64,000 nt of DNA, taken from Eutreptiella sp. 'Long Island Sound 2002' (lineage: Eukaryota; Protista; Euglenida). The translations under genes and the position numbers were made by a program. The notes under the pieces are model-generated. The model was not told the DNA's origin. It ran no database searches and was given only the letters and a program-made list of their open reading frames with translations. Shown here piece by piece: positions 11,185-24,500 of this stretch; position 1 is the stretch's first letter; the number at the start of each line of letters is the position of its first letter. Location of the stretch: NCBI GenBank assembly GCA_964036045.1, contig OZ038378.1, positions 5,828,001 to 5,892,000 of the forward strand. Direction: 5' to 3'.

Positions 11185-11560
11185 TATAGACCCCAAAATG
11201 ATCGCCACATTGCGCTGATCACTCTGAGGCAGATGTGTTGGGGTGAAAGGTGTCTGGACAAAAAATCAAGCTCAAAAACTTCACTGGTCGAACGTTGTTG
11301 TGGGCCCACTGTTCTGGGTCGCTATCTGTCACAAAAGAGCGGGTGGTGGTGGTATCATGTCCACAGAATGGGCCCGGCCGCCAGCCCGGGTGTGGGGGAA
11401 TGGTGGGTATTTGTTGGGTGTTTTGGAGGGTTGAGGAGGGTTGGGGAGACTTTTGTTCGGGGTTTTGGAGGGTAATTGGTGGGTCACGCAGACTTGTTGG
11501 GGTACTTTGGAAGATGATGAGGATCATGGAGAGTTGTTGGGGCGAGTTGGATGGTTGTGG
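11185..11560. repeat. Dispersed intronic repeat (MITE-like) plus degenerate GGAGGGTT runs
   Basis: AGACCCCAAAAT and GATCA..TGAGG..ATGTTGGGGT match the 20.2-20.7 kb element in reverse orientation. Confidence 0.55.
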
Positions 11561-13671
11561 AGGTTGAGGATGGGGCTGAAGTGGGAGCATTTCGGGGGCC
11601 ATTTCAGGCACTTGGCTTAACTGTCCACCGGCCAAGCTCTGCAGAATCTTGGGCAGTACTCCCCCAACACTCTCCCTCCCCTGTTTTCACACACAGCCCC
11701 ATCCACGGTCCTGCAGTCCCACACACAGTCCCAAGCACAGTTGGGTTGTGGAGAGCTGTGAAGGGTCATAGAGGGTGTGATAGCTGTAGAGCCTTGCAGA
11801 GGATTGCCTGTGGTGAGGTGTCATGGCACTCAATGGGGACACACGGGAATCTGCTCTCAGCAGCTCTGTAACCCCCCATCCCCCCCTCGAAGGGCCTGCC
11901 TATATGGCACACCCCTCCCTCCCCGTGTGGCCTGGAGGGGCTGATGACATGGGATTGTGGAGCCGGAAAGGAGTTTTGTATTGATGGGACATATTGGAGG
12001 GAGTTGATGGGAGGTCGCAGGGTCACCGAGGGTTGCAGAGGGCTGTGCAGAGGGGCGGGGCAGGGAGGTTTGTAAAAGATGCTGGACAGTGTTGGGAGAT
12101 TGTGCAGTGCCGAGGATTGTGAAGCCCTGCCATCCCTTTTGGAACGTTGGATTTGTGGAGGGGAAATGGGGGAAGTTTGTCTGTGAGAGAAAAGTGCTTG
12201 TCCCACTGCTCGGCATTGCAGTCTTCTGCCCCGCGGGGTGGACTCCCCTGCCAGCACTGACAGGCTTCACAATCAATTACTCCCACACGGTAAAATTTGG
12301 AGGGTGCTCTCCACCACGAATGTGCGAAATTGTAACACAGGACAATGTGGAGCACTGCATTTGCAGGCGCGAGCAGCGGTGGAAAAGTGGAAGTGGTCAC
12401 CATCTTTCATTGGATAGTGCAACTGGTGCACCCTACATGCGCAGTGATGGTTAGGAACAGGAAGGTGCAAACTTTAGAGCTTATGTACTGAGTTGGTATT
12501 CGTGCTTGTTAATAAGCAAGATGACGTCATGACTGCAGATCACATAGGTCACCCACCAGCTGATGGAACACGTCCCTTCACAATCCCTTAGCCTCCCATG
12601 TCTTGTTTCCTTTGTGGACCACCCACACTGCCTGGCCACCAAAATCTGCTGACCACCACCGGTGGCTGTTCAGTTCAGTTCTGCCATGGTGTGGGCAAGG
12701 GGGTGCAAAGGGGGAGGGGGAACTGGAGGGATGGGTTAAAATCTTTTTAGGGTCTGGGAACATTTTGAATTCTTTCGTTCATTCTGACCATTTTCAATAT
12801 ACACAAGTGGGTAAAATGTTCTTGTACAAATCAGTACAAATGACAACTAGCTGGGCATTCCGGTAGATGCACAACTGAACCAGCATGGGCTAAAACATTA
12901 CGGTAAGGATGGAGGCAACGGGGAGGCATATCATAACGCACTATAAACATTGTGGTTATCCTGCCCAGCCCTTTGAATGAGGCTCGTACACAGTGTTGTA
13001 TAAGGCACAAGGTGATTGTTTCCAGATATGGTGGATGAAATGGCGCGGTGCAACTGTGACATTACATGGGTTTTGCAGTGCTTGTTGTGTGCCTTTGCCC
13101 TGGCTTGGGCACTTGGCTCCCTTGGCACAGGCTTGGGATATGGCAAAGCATCCTCATATGCACTAACACACCCACGTGGGTGATCAATATTGGAGTCAGC
13201 ACTCCATTCATGCAAGTCTCCTTGAAGGCATTGGAGAGTGCTTGCATTTTCATATTGCATCCTCGTTGGCACAACCGCTTGGCTTGCATCTAACAAATCC
13301 TTGGAGGGCACTAGACACACTACTTGTGCTACTACAACACGATGAGGTGTATGTCCCTGAGGAGCTCAAGGAGGAAGCAGAATTGGAGCATGCAATAAAG
13401 CCAAAATGGCTCCTGGTCGTATCAATAGATCTATAAGGATGCAGCTGGATAGATAATGGGGCTTCCTTCAACGTTGCAAGTGTCCCAACAAGAAATGGCG
13501 ACCCGAGGATGCCGAAGACAGAGGTCAGAGAGGGGGTACCCGCCAGCTGCTCGCCGGTGAGCCTGGGGATAATCTAGTCCCGCAGGGTTGGGGCCTGTTC
13601 CCCCGGCACCTTAAAACCCGCAGGGCGGGCCGGCTACAGGGCCTTCGTGTAGCTCTTGCAGCCAACGCTCT

Positions 13672-14030
13672 AGGGAAAGTGAACCGGCTACATAACACCT
13701 ACTTTCTTAGGGAGAAATAAAACTTTGCAACCCTTGCTAATTCGGGGAGAAATGAAATAGCCGCCTAATTCTTGCCGGAGGAAGAAATTGGCTACATACC
13801 CCCAGCTCTCTCGGAGAAAAGTGAAATGGCTAGTAAGCCATACTATCTCAAGGAGATACAAAATGGCTGTGAAACCCTTGTGGTCTTGGGGAGGAGCGAA
13901 ATGGTTCAACCCCTACTCTCTTGGGGATAAACAAAATGGCCGCATAACCCATACGGTTTCAAGGAGATGTGAAATGACCATGTATCGGTTTGGTGTCAAA
14001 CAACCCCTAAAACCATGGGTATGTACCCTA
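13672..14030. repeat. ~39-bp degenerate satellite, block 1 (~9 units)
   Basis: Recurring GGAGAAATGAAATGGCTACATAACCC(C/T)...TCTT. Confidence 0.85.
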
Positions 14031-14199
14031 CAGGGGGGGGGGGGGGCAACTACAACTGGTCCTAATGCGACAACCTCCTAGCTATCTGTCAAAACTTGGG
14101 GGGGGGGGTGGCTGGAGGGTCTTGGGGGGGGGGTGGAGGGTGTGGGGGGTGGGGGTGGGGTTGGGTTGGGTTGGGTTGTGGCTTGCACCGGAGGCGGGC

Positions 14200-15000
14200 T
14201 CCCACGGCCAGCATGGCCTTCCCTCACCGGCTCGATTGGGCCCTACCCCGGCTGTTTGGTCTCACAGCCCCCAGACTGCTGACGACCCCCGAACCCCACC
14301 AAGACGCTGGTGGGAGGGAGATGATGCCGCCGTGCCTGTGTGTCCGCGCGCGCTAGGGTCTTGGGGGGGGGCATTCAAGGCAGGGGCACACATGTGTCAT
14401 TCTCCAGCGGGCCGTGGTTGGCGCGTGTGGGGGGTTGTGTGTGCCCGGTGCTCCGGGCCCCAGCAGCGGGGTATGCGTGCCCTACCACGTGGCTGCTGAG
14501 GGAGTCTGTGGGTCGGGTAACCGGCAGCTTCCTCCAGCCCACGACTGAACCCCAGAGGGGTGCACGGGGCGTGTGGGGTGAGGTGCTCCTTGACTGACCT
14601 AGAGGGTCACAGGTAGCGGCGCACGGAGTCCTAGACCGGCTGGGAGCGTCCCAGTAGAAGGAAAGTCCTGGGGCATGCTGAGCACTTCCCTGCCCTAGGA
14701 GCACTCAAGGGAGCGGAGCTCCCAGTGAGCCTGCTGCGCCTTGGTCACCTCTGACAAGGCGGGACCCCGAGGGTGACACCGCTCGCCACCCCTCTTGGTA
14801 GGGGAAAGGGGGGGGGGGGGGGGCAGGGGTCGGCAGGTGGCTGTCCGGCCTCCACGGGTCGCCCAAAATTGCATTGGAGTGCACGGGGCTGTGCTGGCCT
14901 AGGCGTTTGTGATGAAGTTGGAGGGGCACGCGCACACTTGGAGGTTCCCTGGGCAGGCCGCTCAAGGATACCCACAGCGGTCAAGCTGTGAACCCTTCAC
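14200..15000 (+). mobile_element. Highly decayed TE fragment, possibly DIRS-like RT, interrupting the satellite
   Basis: AFVMKLEGHAHTW-RFPG (~14900-14950) weakly resembles FVVE.NGQFYEYTRLPFG at 42.9 kb; flanked by G-runs. Confidence 0.3.
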
Positions 15001-15159
15001 AGCCTCCACTTTTCATGCCCTAAGGGCGCCGACTCCGTGCACCCCTCCCATCGGGGGCACAGGCTGGGGGGGGGGGGGGTAGAGTGGTGGATGAGTCTAC
15101 CTGTCCGTTTATTGGCTCGTGGTGCTCACTTGTTTGGGAGAGGGAAAAAGACCTCGGGG

Positions 15160-16640
15160 AACCGAAATGGTTGTGCAACCCCTACTATCTTGGGAATGAA
15201 TGAAATGGCTGCATGACCCATGTTGTTTCAGGGAGAAGTGAAAATGGCTATGTCACCCTTGGTGCCGCACGGGCAATTAAACTGGCTGTGTGTCCTCTAC
15301 CATCCCGGGGAGGAAGAAAATGGCCGCATAACCCCTTACTTCTTGGGGAGAAATGAGATGGCTATGCAACCCTTGCCGTCTTAGGGCCTTGCGTTTCAAG
15401 GAGAAATGAAACGGTAGCATAACCCATGTTGTCGGGAGAAATGATGCGGCTGTGTAACCCTTGCCTTCTCAAGGAGACGTGACATGGATATTTAACACCA
15501 ACCAAATCCGGGATGAATAAAACACATGCATAACAGGTTCCATCTCTGGGAGAAATTGATGGACAAGTAGCTCTTGCCATCTCGCGCTGGCTGTTCCGGG
15601 GAGGGTGAAAAAGCGATGCAAACTTGCTGTTTCAAGGACAAAGTGATTGTGTGCTCCCATCACCTTGGGGGGGAAAGGGAAATGGTTACGTAACCCCTAC
15701 CATCCTGGGGGGAAGTTAAGTGGCCGTGTAACCGTTGCCGTCTCAAGGAAAATGAAATTGTTGCGTAAACCGTGTCGTCTTGGGGACAACGGAAATTGTT
15801 GCGTAGACCTACATTTCGGGGAGAAACAAAATGGTTGCATTATCCATGCCTCTGGGAGAGAATTGAATCCCGCTGCCACCGTCCAAGGATACATTTCTTG
15901 GTTGCATGACCCCCACTATCTCAGGGAGAAGTGAATTGGCTCCGTAACTCTTGCCATCTCATAGAAAAGGAAAGTGGTTGTGTAAACCCGCCGTCGTGGG
16001 GAGACGTTAAAGGGCTGTGTAACCATTGTTGTCTTCAAGAAAAGTGAAATGGCCTCGTAACCCTTGCTGTCCCTTGTTGTCTTGAGGATAAATAAAATGG
16101 TTACATAACCCACGCCTTTTGGGGAGAAGTGATGGCTACATAACGCTCACCTTGGGGAGAAGGGAAAGGCACAGGTTGCACGGCCATTTCACCCCCCCCC
16201 CCCCCCCCGAAACGGCATGGGTTACATGGCTGGATCAGCAGGGGTGGCAAAGCCATTTTGCTTTCCCCCACTCAAGGAGTAGGTCTTATGTAGCCTGTTC
16301 ACTTGTACCCAAGACGGCAGGGTTTGTCATCCAGTGGAGAAATAAAATGGCCTCATAACCCTTGACACAGAGAAGCGAAATGGCTCTATAACCCCTGCTG
16401 TCTTGAGGAGAAGTGAAAAGGCTACGTGACATCTGTCGTTTTAAGGAGAAATAAAATGGCCGTGCAACCCTTGCTGTCTTGGGAATAAACATTGCCATCT
16501 CACGCAGGAAGAACGTGGCTGCATAAACTCCCCCTGTCTTGGGGAGAAGGGAATGGCTACGTAACACCTACCGTCTTGGGGGAAAAGTGAAATGGTTGTG
16601 TAGCCTGTGCTGTCATTTCGGAAACGCCTGGGCAAAAAAG
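15160..16640. repeat. ~39-bp degenerate satellite, block 2 (~37 units)
   Basis: Same consensus as block 1. Confidence 0.9.
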
Positions 16641-17683
16641 GCAATATAGACAGAGTTCAAGATGCTATACCACCAAACGAAAGGATTCTTTTCAGAACCA
16701 GTGGACCCATGAGGCAACTTGGTTGCACAATTGCCAACACATTCACCGGTTTCTGCGTTTCATAGTAATGCGTTTGTCATCTGGAGGGTTAAGAGCGCGG
16801 AGGTAGGCACAACGTGCCAGTACATTTTGTTAAGTGTTTGGGTACCTCATGGCCTTGTCCAATGACACTGTTTGGTCATGCAGCCCATAACATTGTCTAA
16901 TGATGGTGGGCTTGGTCACATGGTGAAACATTAGTAGTTATTGCACGGGGGGGGGGGGGGTTGATTAGGCAAGGTTGGTTTGTTCCTTGTCCACAAAGGC
17001 TAAAAATTTTTTCGTAGTGCTGCTGGCACCCAAAGTTGGTTGTTCTCCATCGATGACCACTGGTGTGGGTTGGGCCCCCGGGCGGGGGGGGGGGGAGGGG
17101 TCCAGGGCAACATGTGCATGCCCAGCATGCCAGCGGCCCCACGCCATTGTACTTCTGGATGGACACATTTGCCACATGCAAGCAGGCAGAATTCTGCCCC
17201 CTCGGGGGGGGGGGGGGGCGGAGGTTGCTGTTTCATTATGGTGCCTGGCAACGATATCTTTTTCGAGTGGGACCAGCAATTGTGGGACAACACCCAAACG
17301 TCCCTAACAGCCTCTCCTAGTGCACACAGCCCCGGTGGTTGTGCAGCTGTTTTCAGCCCGTTTTCGACCCGTTTAGGCCCGACCAATGCCCGAAGCCTTG
17401 AAAACGGGGAGGATGGGCCAATGCAGTCGTGCAGCACTACCCCCCCCCCCCATACAGCCGATGCAAGCAAGCAACCGGACGTCACAGGGGTTTTGTCACA
17501 AGCTCTGCCTCAACTGCAAAATTGCCTTTTGTGATCGGGGAAATCGATCATCGTGCATCCCGTCGACACACTGGGCTACGCCACCCTCGAACATCGAAGC
17601 ACTCGATGCTCCGTTCCCCAAAACGCTGGATCTTGATCTCCTGCCTTCAACCCCCTCCCCCCCCCCTTCCGCACATCTCCGAC

Positions 17684-18205
17684 CTGCAAAATGCGGTCGA
17701 AGGCGCCCGAGATGTTCCGCATTCCCGCGACTGCCGCCGCAGCGTCCGGCGCCCGCGCCAACACCTCCGCCACGACAAGCCACAGGTCGCGGCGGGTGTA
17801 CATCTTGAGGTCGCGGTTCTGGTGGGAGATCAGCAGCTGTTGCCCATCGGGGGACACCGCCTGGACGGTGGCCAGGGCCGGGAGCGGAAGCCGAACGATC
17901 TCCCCGAGATAGGCCACGTCCTCCGGCGCGGCCGGGGCGTCGGCCTTCATCGCGCTCTTCTTCTGCCGCTCCCGGCGCAGGTACTCCGCGAGGGCCGCGT
18001 GCGCGTCCCACTTGATGCGGAAGCTGCGGGCGGTGTCGAAGTAGACGAGGTCGTCGCGTTGCCGGCAGTTGAGGTACACCGCGTCCCCCGCGGGGGAGGG
18101 CACGACGCTGCGGATGGACAGGGGCTCCCTCAGCAGCTTGCTGAGCTCGAGGCAGGGCCGCACGAGCTTCTTGGCCTCCGCCTCCGTGGCGGCCCTCAGG
18201 CCCGC
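17684..18205 (-). CDS. S9-family peptidase gene, exon 3 (174 aa)
   Basis: TGTAG| acceptor, CAG|GTCGGA donor, 522 nt, phase 0; GC3-rich coding; propeller-type VSPDGQQLLIS motif. Confidence 0.85.
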
Positions 18206-19568
18206 CTACACACGGGCATGGCCACGTCACACGCAGCAAAAAAACCCACCCCCAGTGGGGGGGGGGTTGGGGGGGGGGTCAGAGGCCAAAAACAAACTTC
18301 TGTACCTCAATCAACCTCCAGTTTTGGGCCCCTTTGATGACTTTCTTCTTTTTTTCCCGAGGAAAATTGTTCTGGTGTGGGCAGCCGCCACAAAGGGCGC
18401 CGGGGGCCTGAGTTGCAGGGGCTTCCAGAGACGATCCCACGGCCACTACCCCCGCACGTGCCTTCGACACACGAGGGGGGATCGCCCGGGCTGAAGCGGC
18501 TCAAATGGGGAAAGGGGCAGCACCGGAATGTTCTCGATTCCAAACTCAAAACGCGGCCCCGTGCGTTGCACACTGCGCCTTTTGGGTCCCCCACCGAAGT
18601 AGACGGCCAGTACCCCCCATTTCCCCCATTTTTCCTGGTTTCCCATTTTTCTTGGGGAACAGTGTCGGCACAAATTGGTGGGGAATTTCATGCGCCTGCA
18701 AGGCTGAGGGGGCGTGTTGCTGCCCTGTGCATGTCAGCCGTTTTTCAACCAGGTTCAAGAGAACCATCAGGACCGAGCTCAGGTAGAGTTGCATGTCTTG
18801 ATTAGGGTTCGGCCCCGGTCTGTTTCTCGAGGCAAAAAGTGTCCTGATGAGAGGTGGTCGGCGCTGTCGGACGCCCACACAGCCTACGCCACATCCGTTG
18901 CTCGGCCGTATCACCTCCTCCGGATCTGCTTCGAAGTGGCACTCACTTCCAGTGTTCGTCGGCCCCACTGCCGTGGGGGACGAAAGCGGTTTGCAGTGGG
19001 TGGGGCCTGTTTGAGCCACTTTTGGTGACCCCGCCCCTCGGGCCTCAAGTGTTCAGAGGCTGGAAAGGTGCATGCAGGACCAACAGTCCCAGTCCTGCGT
19101 GCACGGCGATGGTTCACCCACGTGGAGGTGCTTCAGAGGCAAATTCAATGGGGGGCGTCATCACGAATCCCAAGGTTCACATGCGGCCTCCATGCGGAGG
19201 CATTGCACATGACCTCTGCGGTCTCGGGGTCCCAACATGGGCGAAGCAGAGTGGCAACACAATCCCTGTCGTCTCGGGGGCTACAAAACGGTTGCCTGTT
19301 TTCCATTTTGGATGGTTTGGACATTTGAGCCCCTCCTCCAGACCCCCGCCCCTTCCTTCCGGGGGCTTTGCCCCCCCCCGCCCCCCGGCATCAAACCTTT
19401 TGTCCACCTCTCCTGTCACCACCGGCCGCACTCTCCTCATTGTCGCCATCTGTGCCCGTACCTACCTGACCCTCCCTGACCCCGAGGTAGCTGTGCCGCA
19501 TTCAATGCTACACTCCGAGGAGCTTCAGGTGGTGCTCCATGGACGAGGGGTGATGAGGGAGCGGCTAC

Positions 19569-19799
19569 CTCATATCGCCGGAGCTCAGCGAGCCCCACAA
19601 AATACAAGCCGGTCTCACTGTCCTCCATGTTGAAGTGGATGAACTTGCCGAAGGCGTCGGCGCGCGCAGTCTGCTTGTCCCCCGCGGGCCGACGCGCCTG
19701 GTAGAGCACCCCGCTGGCGAAGGGGTGGAACCAGTCCACGCCCCCCTCGTGCTCCGTGACTTGCCAGCCCTCGCCGACCAGACCCTCATATAGCACCAC
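19569..19799 (-). CDS. S9-family peptidase gene, exon 2 (77 aa)
   Basis: CTGCAG| acceptor, GAG|GTAGCC donor, 231 nt, phase 0; VVLYEGLVGEGWQVTEHEGGV. Confidence 0.85.
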
Positions 19800-20199
19800 C
19801 TGCAGCCACAACAAAAAGCGGATCCGAACACACTCATCTCTGGCACAATGGCCCCTTCATGCAACGCCCCCTTCGATCTCGTCATGTGGCAGACGCGGCC
19901 TTTGCGACATAGAACGTGCGCACATTGTGTCGTACCGTATTGGGTACAGTGGGGTACAGCGCAGTGCAATGCGGTGTCCGTAAAAGCACCACAGGGATTG
20001 CCGGCGGAGCGTGTCCCCAATCCGCAATCCTCAGCCAGGAATCCCATTCAACTCCATTTCTGTCAATTCCATAGCCTCTGCCCTTATCTAAAGCAAGCTC
20101 AGGTACCACATCAATGTGGTGCAAACGTCCACTGTACCCTAGACACAACCCCAGACCACGGGGGCCGCCGCCAGCCAATGTGTGACCCCGAGGGGTGTG

Positions 20200-20665
20200 C
20201 GACAGTTTGGGGGCTGTAGGGGGGGGGGGGACCCCCACCCCTTGGTTGACCCAAACCTTGGGGGTCGGCGGGTCAGGCGGTCAGCCGCCGGGCCCCCCAG
20301 GGGGGTCGGTGGGTACCCCAACATACATACCTCAAAATGATCCCCATGACACGCTGATCATTTTGAATATGCACAAAAGGGGTAAAAATTTTTTCAAAAA
20401 AAATTGCCCATCAACTCAGGCTCCCATCAGCCAAGGTCCGACCCGGAGGCCGGGTCTTTTTGTGCTTTTCAGCCATTTTTGAATTCTCCACAAAATTCTG
20501 AGTATTTTGAGTACAGACACATTGGGTCGAACAAAAAAATTTCCCCCTGCCATTTGCCTAAAACAAAATCTCCGGCGCCTCTGGCGCCCACAAAACCCAT
20601 TAGTCTGCACAACGATTTTGGGGTCTGTAGAGGGGGGGGGCTAGCCCCCCCCCCCCCTTTGGGGT
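20200..20665. mobile_element. Non-autonomous repeat (MITE-like) in intron 1
   Basis: Bounded by G/C homopolymer blocks, AT-rich interior, homologous to 11185-11250 in opposite orientation; no clear TSD. Confidence 0.5.
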
Positions 20666-21288
20666 TGGGTCCTGACCAGGATCGGCCCCCGTGCCCCAGA
20701 CACCGTGGGACATAGTCCGCCGTGACGCAATGTAACGTCGCTTTCGGGGTGCGGCCCGCACCTTCGAGGATGTGGGGGTGTCAACCTGCCGATGCAAACA
20801 AGCAAACGAAGGCTCACGCGACGATGAGGGTCCGACGTGCCGCATGAGCTGTTGTATGTTGGGCCACGTGGCAGAGGGTGGGCAGGGCCTAACCTCCCCA
20901 GATAGGGACCCTAAGTCACACCCTGTCATGAAGGATAAAGCCCATGAATGCAACACAAGCCAAACTGAAAGTGATATGCACGACACACACACAACGGGGC
21001 GGGGGGTTTGCTTGATGCACCTTGGTCGTTGCAATGGGGGTGCTAACCCTGCGATGCGCAATTTGGGTAATTATCGCGGAACAGGGGAACTTGTACCCTT
21101 CTGTGCCTGCGGCTCCCCCATGGCTAAGTGGACATATGCATTTCCGGGCTCATTCGGGGCTCAGTCATGCATCGGGGTGTCTGCCTTCCTACTTCCTTCT
21201 CCCAAAATTCAGGGAAAATGGATGCGGTGCTGATCACCCTCCCTGCGGCGGGCAGTAGGCGCTCCCAATGACGCAGACAAAACCACAC

Positions 21289-21576
21289 CTGCGCCTTGCT
21301 GTCGTCCCCTGACGACCGCTTGAGCACTGCCAGTGTGTGATCATTGACCCACTCCACCTGCAGCGCGTTGCCGCTGCGGTGGAGCGGCCACATGGTGCCA
21401 TTCGCAACGTCGTGCACGTGGACGCGGGACTCGTAGCAGTCGTCTTTCCAAGACGTAGTGCGGATCGTGGACGCCACCCGGCCGCCGCCTGGCGCAATCC
21501 GGACCCCGGTTGGGAGATCCAGTTGGATCATATCACGGAAAGTGGGCTGGTATGGGGTGCTGGGGCTATCCACCAT
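21289..21576 (-). CDS. S9-family (acylaminoacyl/dipeptidyl peptidase-like) gene, exon 1 (96 aa)
   Basis: MVDSPSTPYQPTFRDMIQLDLPTGVRIAPGGGRVASTI...EWVNDHTLAVL...KAQ resembles the N-terminal beta-propeller of S9 peptidases; CAG|GTGTGG donor. The family call rests on recalled motif similarity, and the catalytic domain is not in the window. Confidence 0.8.
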
Positions 21577-24500
21577 GTTGCCCGTGGTAGAGATAAAAGG
21601 GAACACTAAGGAAACGGATGGGTGTTGCGATGCAGTGTGAAGGGGCTGCGTAGAGCCCTGATACGGAGGGACACCAGCATGGGTCAGCGGGTCGGTACAC
21701 ACGCGGGCTCACTGGCCATTCTGAGCGCGGCAGCTGGGCCACCAGAGGACCCCGATCCCTGGGCCTGGCCCCTCACCCGGGGGCTAATACGCGCCCTGTG
21801 TGCCACATTGAAGCAATGGTCACTGACACTTGGTCACATGATTCGCCCTCCACAGAAAAACCCCATACAGCTGATGTGCCAGAATGCATTGCCATGCGGA
21901 GAGGGCCCCACAATGCATGCCACTACCGACTCAACAGTGGGGCCCATGTATTGCACAAGTGCGTCAGGCGAAACCATGACTGCTCTGAAATGTGCAGTGG
22001 ACAAGAAAGCGACCCTCGGATCAAATACAGCAGCATATCCGTCCCTGCAGCCCCTCTTTGTGATATGCCGACAGGCCTGTGGTTGGAAAACGTGCACTCC
22101 CCCTTGGTGAGAACCTCCCCAGGTTGAGTGGTATGTCTCCTCTGTCCCGGCACATCCGCGTCACGCCCTGTCGATCTCCATTGTGCACCCTCACACCCGC
22201 TTGTAGGCAACCTTGTGCCTCCCAGGGCTGCCTGTGTTGCCACCTGCTTCTGGGCTGCCCCCTGCTTGCTGCGGTGGGCCGGCTGCGGTGGGGTTCCCAC
22301 GGGGCTGCACTCCAGTCAACAAGCGCTCCAAACATGCACGTCTTGGTATGCCTATGTAGCAATGGTCGGCAGACCACTCTGTAGGGGTCCGTCGCAGGGT
22401 CTGGGATAATTGTTACCCTCTGCTGGCAGTCTATTGTATTGCAGAGGGAAATCGGTATAGGTCTGTGGGCCAAGCACATCAAAGCACATTCCTTGGGGTT
22501 CCAGTCTTATCCGAGTTGGTTGCCGTATGGGCACCAGCAGATCTAGATTCCCGCACCTCGCCTTGGTTGGAACCTCCAGGGATTAAAAGTGCAGGTGAAT
22601 GCTGTTGCCGCCCCATATTTGTGGCATTGTAGCACCCTTCTTGTGCTCGCAGACTTCCTCAAAAGCGCTTTCAAGAGGATGACAAAAGGGTGTTGTTGTT
22701 GTTGCATTCCCAATCACATTCACATTTGGCAGCTACAACGCTCATATTTTGCACTTTCTCCTCACAGCACAGTTGTAATGCCCAGCACAAAGTGTATTTC
22801 AGGTTCGGGTTTGGGGCACCGAGCTGGTGGAACTAGAACGGTTTTGTAACCTTTTGTGGGTGTAGGATGGGGGGTCCCCTTTCTGCAAGCAGCGGCAAGC
22901 AGCCAGGAGAAGCAAGCGCCAATTATTTTAATTTTGTTTGGTGGCACTAACTTGCCATACACCCTGCCAATGTTCTGTACGACTGCACTACTACTGCACT
23001 GCATCAGTGCCATATGTGCTCGCACTGCAGTCTTTCACGAAAGGATCAGCCGGGTGCAGTTGTTGAATTGTATGTCAGACACCTTCTGTTCCCGTAGCCC
23101 CCCGTCCTGCCTCTGAAAGATGACAGACAGTCTCCCATTGTGATTGCAGGGCGTATCATACCGCACACCTCACTGCTCATATCCCTCGGCCAGCACAAAC
23201 GCTCACAGAATCATCTCCCCATCTGTGTCCTGCAGGCTGAATTGGTGCGCTGCTCTTGTCTTGCCTTGCCCTCCTCCTTGCTGCGGACAGCTTTCGGCGC
23301 CGATGGCGCTGTTGCCATTTCCATGCCATCTTTTTTTGATTGTCTCCCCGGTCTTCTGCCGGGCGTCACATTGTGGAGAAGCGGGATTGCATGGACCGGT
23401 CATATAGCGGGCAAAAAGAGAGCAACAACAGAAGGGCATTGTCGCGTCATCACTGTGGGCCTGTAGTCCAGTCTGTGTTGTCTGTCAGGCGCACCTGGGG
23501 AGGACTGTGCCAAAAGAGGGACGGCAGGAGCCCAAAGGCCACGTGTTAGGGGTGCACAGCATGGCGAGTCTCAGAACATCCATCAACTGGGCCCCACCAC
23601 AACATCCCTCCTGCTTCTCCTTACCTCACCCTTTGAGCCCCCAATTGCTGCTCTTGTAATCGCCGCCCCCCCCCCCCTAACAACCCCAGCCCAAATTGTG
23701 CAGTCGGGCATTGTTTGTTGGAATTCCGCAAACGCCGCCGCCCAACCACCACCAAGGCCACTCTACCCCTTTACAAACCACGGCACCCCCGGCCTGAACA
23801 CAAAGACCGCGGGGAACCTCTCAAATCCGTCCCCCCCGGGGGGTTAGCAAAGGGATGGGAAGGGGCAGTGAGCCAACGATGGGACACACCGCACACTACA
23901 CTACATTCAACCGGACGACCAGGGTGGTACCCGTGTGCATTTGGGCGTCTCTGTGTGTGCGTGTGCCCACGAGGGAGAGGGAGATCCATGTGCGGCAAAA
24001 AGGAAGGCCTACATTTCTGGTAATGATGAGCCTACTTTGCATGCCCCCCCCCCCCCCGCCTCTGCATACTATGCACTCCTTGGCTACAGCCGTTTTCCCT
24101 ACCGCTCCAGGCGGGTGGTTATTGGAGCGTGGTACAGAGTTTCCTGCAAAGTCGTTGCCCTCCCAAGTGGATGTCTTCAAAAGGTCACATGGTAGGTACT
24201 GATTTTGGAGGACTGTGATGAGGCTAAAACCCCCAATAGAAGTGGAAAAGCAACCCCCTCTTCAGCCGGTCAGAACCTCAAACCTCAGAGAATCCAGGTC
24301 AAAGCGCCCCATCATCCCAACCATTCGTGCCACATGGTCGACTTGCACGCCTTTCCAGGCGCTGGCGATGAGCCTCATCCAACGGGGAACTCGATGCACC
24401 ACATGCGGATGTGGTGGGCGTTCGACACGGACGAAACGATACGGACATCCACAGACAACTGGGGCCTGGACGGGCCCTGCACACACCTCCACACGCCCGC

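Noticed and set aside
11420-14180. Interstitial telomeric repeats (GAGGGTT, GGGTT runs)
   Set aside because: Too short and degenerate; there is no TTAGGG array.
13672-16640. CRISPR-like array (also considered for 43585-44575)
   Set aside because: Units are contiguous and degenerate with no unique spacers, there are no cas genes, and the context is eukaryotic.
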